A stretch of DNA of 64,000 bases from Vulcanimicrobiota bacterium (lineage in GTDB: Bacteria > Vulcanimicrobiota > Vulcanimicrobiia > Vulcanimicrobiales > Vulcanimicrobiaceae). Made by a program: the position numbers and the translations under genes. Shown one piece after another: positions 63,120 through 64,000 of this stretch. A model generated the notes under the pieces. That model was given only the letters and a program-made list of their open reading frames with translations, searched no databases and had not been told where the DNA came from. The DNA is taken from positions 224,001 through 288,000 of the forward strand of contig CAWCIZ010000004.1 of the NCBI GenBank assembly GCA_963795855.1. The letters run 5' to 3'. The stretch's first letter is position 1, and each line of letters opens with the position of its first letter.

Positions 63120-64000
63120 CTAGAGAACGCCGTCCGGGCCCATTGTCTCCAGGCGTTTTTTGAGATCCGCCAGGAAGCCGCTCGCGACGTATCCGTCGAC
63201 GACGCGATGATCGAGCGAGAGGCACACGTTCATCATCTGCCGGATCGCAATTGCGTCGTCTGCGGTGACGACGGGCTTCTTGACGACCGTTTCCATCGTG
63301 ACGATTCCCGCTTGTCCGCCGTTGATGATCGGCGCCGATGCATACGATCCGTTTGCGCCGTTGTTGTTCACGGTGAACGTTCCGCCTTGCAGATCGTCCG
63401 CGCTCAGTTTACTGCGGCGCGCGCGATCGATCAGATCGGCCGACGCGAGCGCGATGCCTTTGATCGAAAGTTTGTCGCTGTTTTTCACGACGGGCACTAC
63501 GAGGTTCGTCGGCAGGCCGATCGCGATTCCGACGTTCACCGCCTTTTCGACGAAGATGCCTTCGGGCGTGAACTTGGCGTTCATCAGCGGAAATACCGAG
63601 AGCGATTCGACGACGGCACGGATGAAGAAGGGCAGCAGCGTGAGTTTGTAGCCGGTCTCGCGCTCGAAGCGGTCTTTCTCGCGCGCGCGCCACTTCCACA
63701 CGTTGGTGACGTCGACTTCCACCATCGACCATGCGTGCGGCGCGGTGCGTTTGCTCTCCACCATGCGTTCGGCGATGATTCGCCGCGCCGAATTGAGCGG
63801 AATCAGCGTGCCGGGAACGGGGTCGCCGTAAGTGCTCGTACCGGCCGCGGCAGCAGCGGCGGGCGCGGCGGTGGCGGCAAAGTTGGTTCCGACGCTGATG
63901 GCTTGTCCGACGGCAGCCGCGGGGCCCATACGCGCGGCGGTAAGCACGTCTTGCGCGGTTACGCGCCCGTTGGCGCCGCTGCCGCGCAGCGTGCGAATGT
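63120..64000 (-). CDS. 2-oxoacid dehydrogenase E2 dihydrolipoamide acyltransferase, 5'-truncated
   Basis: GSGANGRVT E3-binding domain, RRIIAERM, GGTFTVNN, PIIN, SLDHRVVDG. Confidence 0.93.
   Translation of the reverse strand, partial: IRTLRGSGANGRVTAQDVLTAARMGPAAAVGQAISVGTNFAATAAPAAAAAAGTSTYGDPVPGTLIPLNSARRIIAERMVESKRTAPHAWSMVEVDVTNVWKWRAREKDRFERETGYKLTLLPFFIRAVVESLSVFPLMNAKFTPEGIFVEKAVNVGIAIGLPTNLVVPVVKNSDKLSIKGIALASADLIDRARRSKLSADDLQGGTFTVNNNGANGSYASAPIINGGQAGIVTMETVVKKPVVTADDAIAIRQMMNVCLSLDHRVVDGYVASGFLADLKKRLETMGPDGVL

Noticed and set aside
1..64000. Numerous frameshifts read as pseudogenes or programmed frameshifting
   Set aside because: They hit essential genes (glyQS, rpoD), cluster at the window ends and often lie in homopolymers, which fits long-read indel errors.

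Overview
A GC-rich, gene-dense stretch of bacterial core chromosome with about 60 genes. I found no integrase, transposase, phage gene or CRISPR array. The gene content (dimeric GlyRS, futalosine menaquinone genes, copper-amine-oxidase stalk-domain protein, many Pro/Thr/Ser-rich secreted proteins) suggests a Terrabacteria lineage such as Vulcanimicrobiota/Eremiobacterota; this is inference only. Many genes carry single-base frameshifts, densest at 1-5 kb and 54-63 kb. They also hit essential genes (glyQS, rpoD), so I read them as long-read indel errors, not pseudogenes. Gene order: GT2, glyQS, ppdK, aminotransferase, GrpB-methyltransferase, HD dNTPase, dnaG, rpoD, secreted proteins, KGG stress protein, HEAT-cyclophilin, dtd, proline dehydrogenase, modB, response regulator, mntP, kamB-kamC-kce, peptide ABC permeases, tRNA-Leu(GAG), RND pump, pepN, dacB, tldD-pmbA, malic enzyme, response regulator, MocR, phosphoesterase/DDAH-like/ABC run, HTH-MBL, trxB, stress oxidoreductases, MFS, DUF2600 terpene cyclase, glcDE, PilZ, namZ, mqnD-mqnB-queE-queD, E2 acyltransferase. 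Most notable: (i) a modular palindromic repeat family, some modules carrying CAGGAYG-loop hairpins, including a duplicated unit inside a 121-codon ORF that bridges tldD and pmbA; (ii) a structured element before tRNA-Leu and a possible pseudoknotted ppdK leader; (iii) a lysine 5,6-aminomutase reactivase module without its mutase in the window; (iv) a DDAH-fold protein lacking its catalytic Cys; (v) a sesquarterpene-cyclase homolog; (vi) an RND pump with extra membrane segments.
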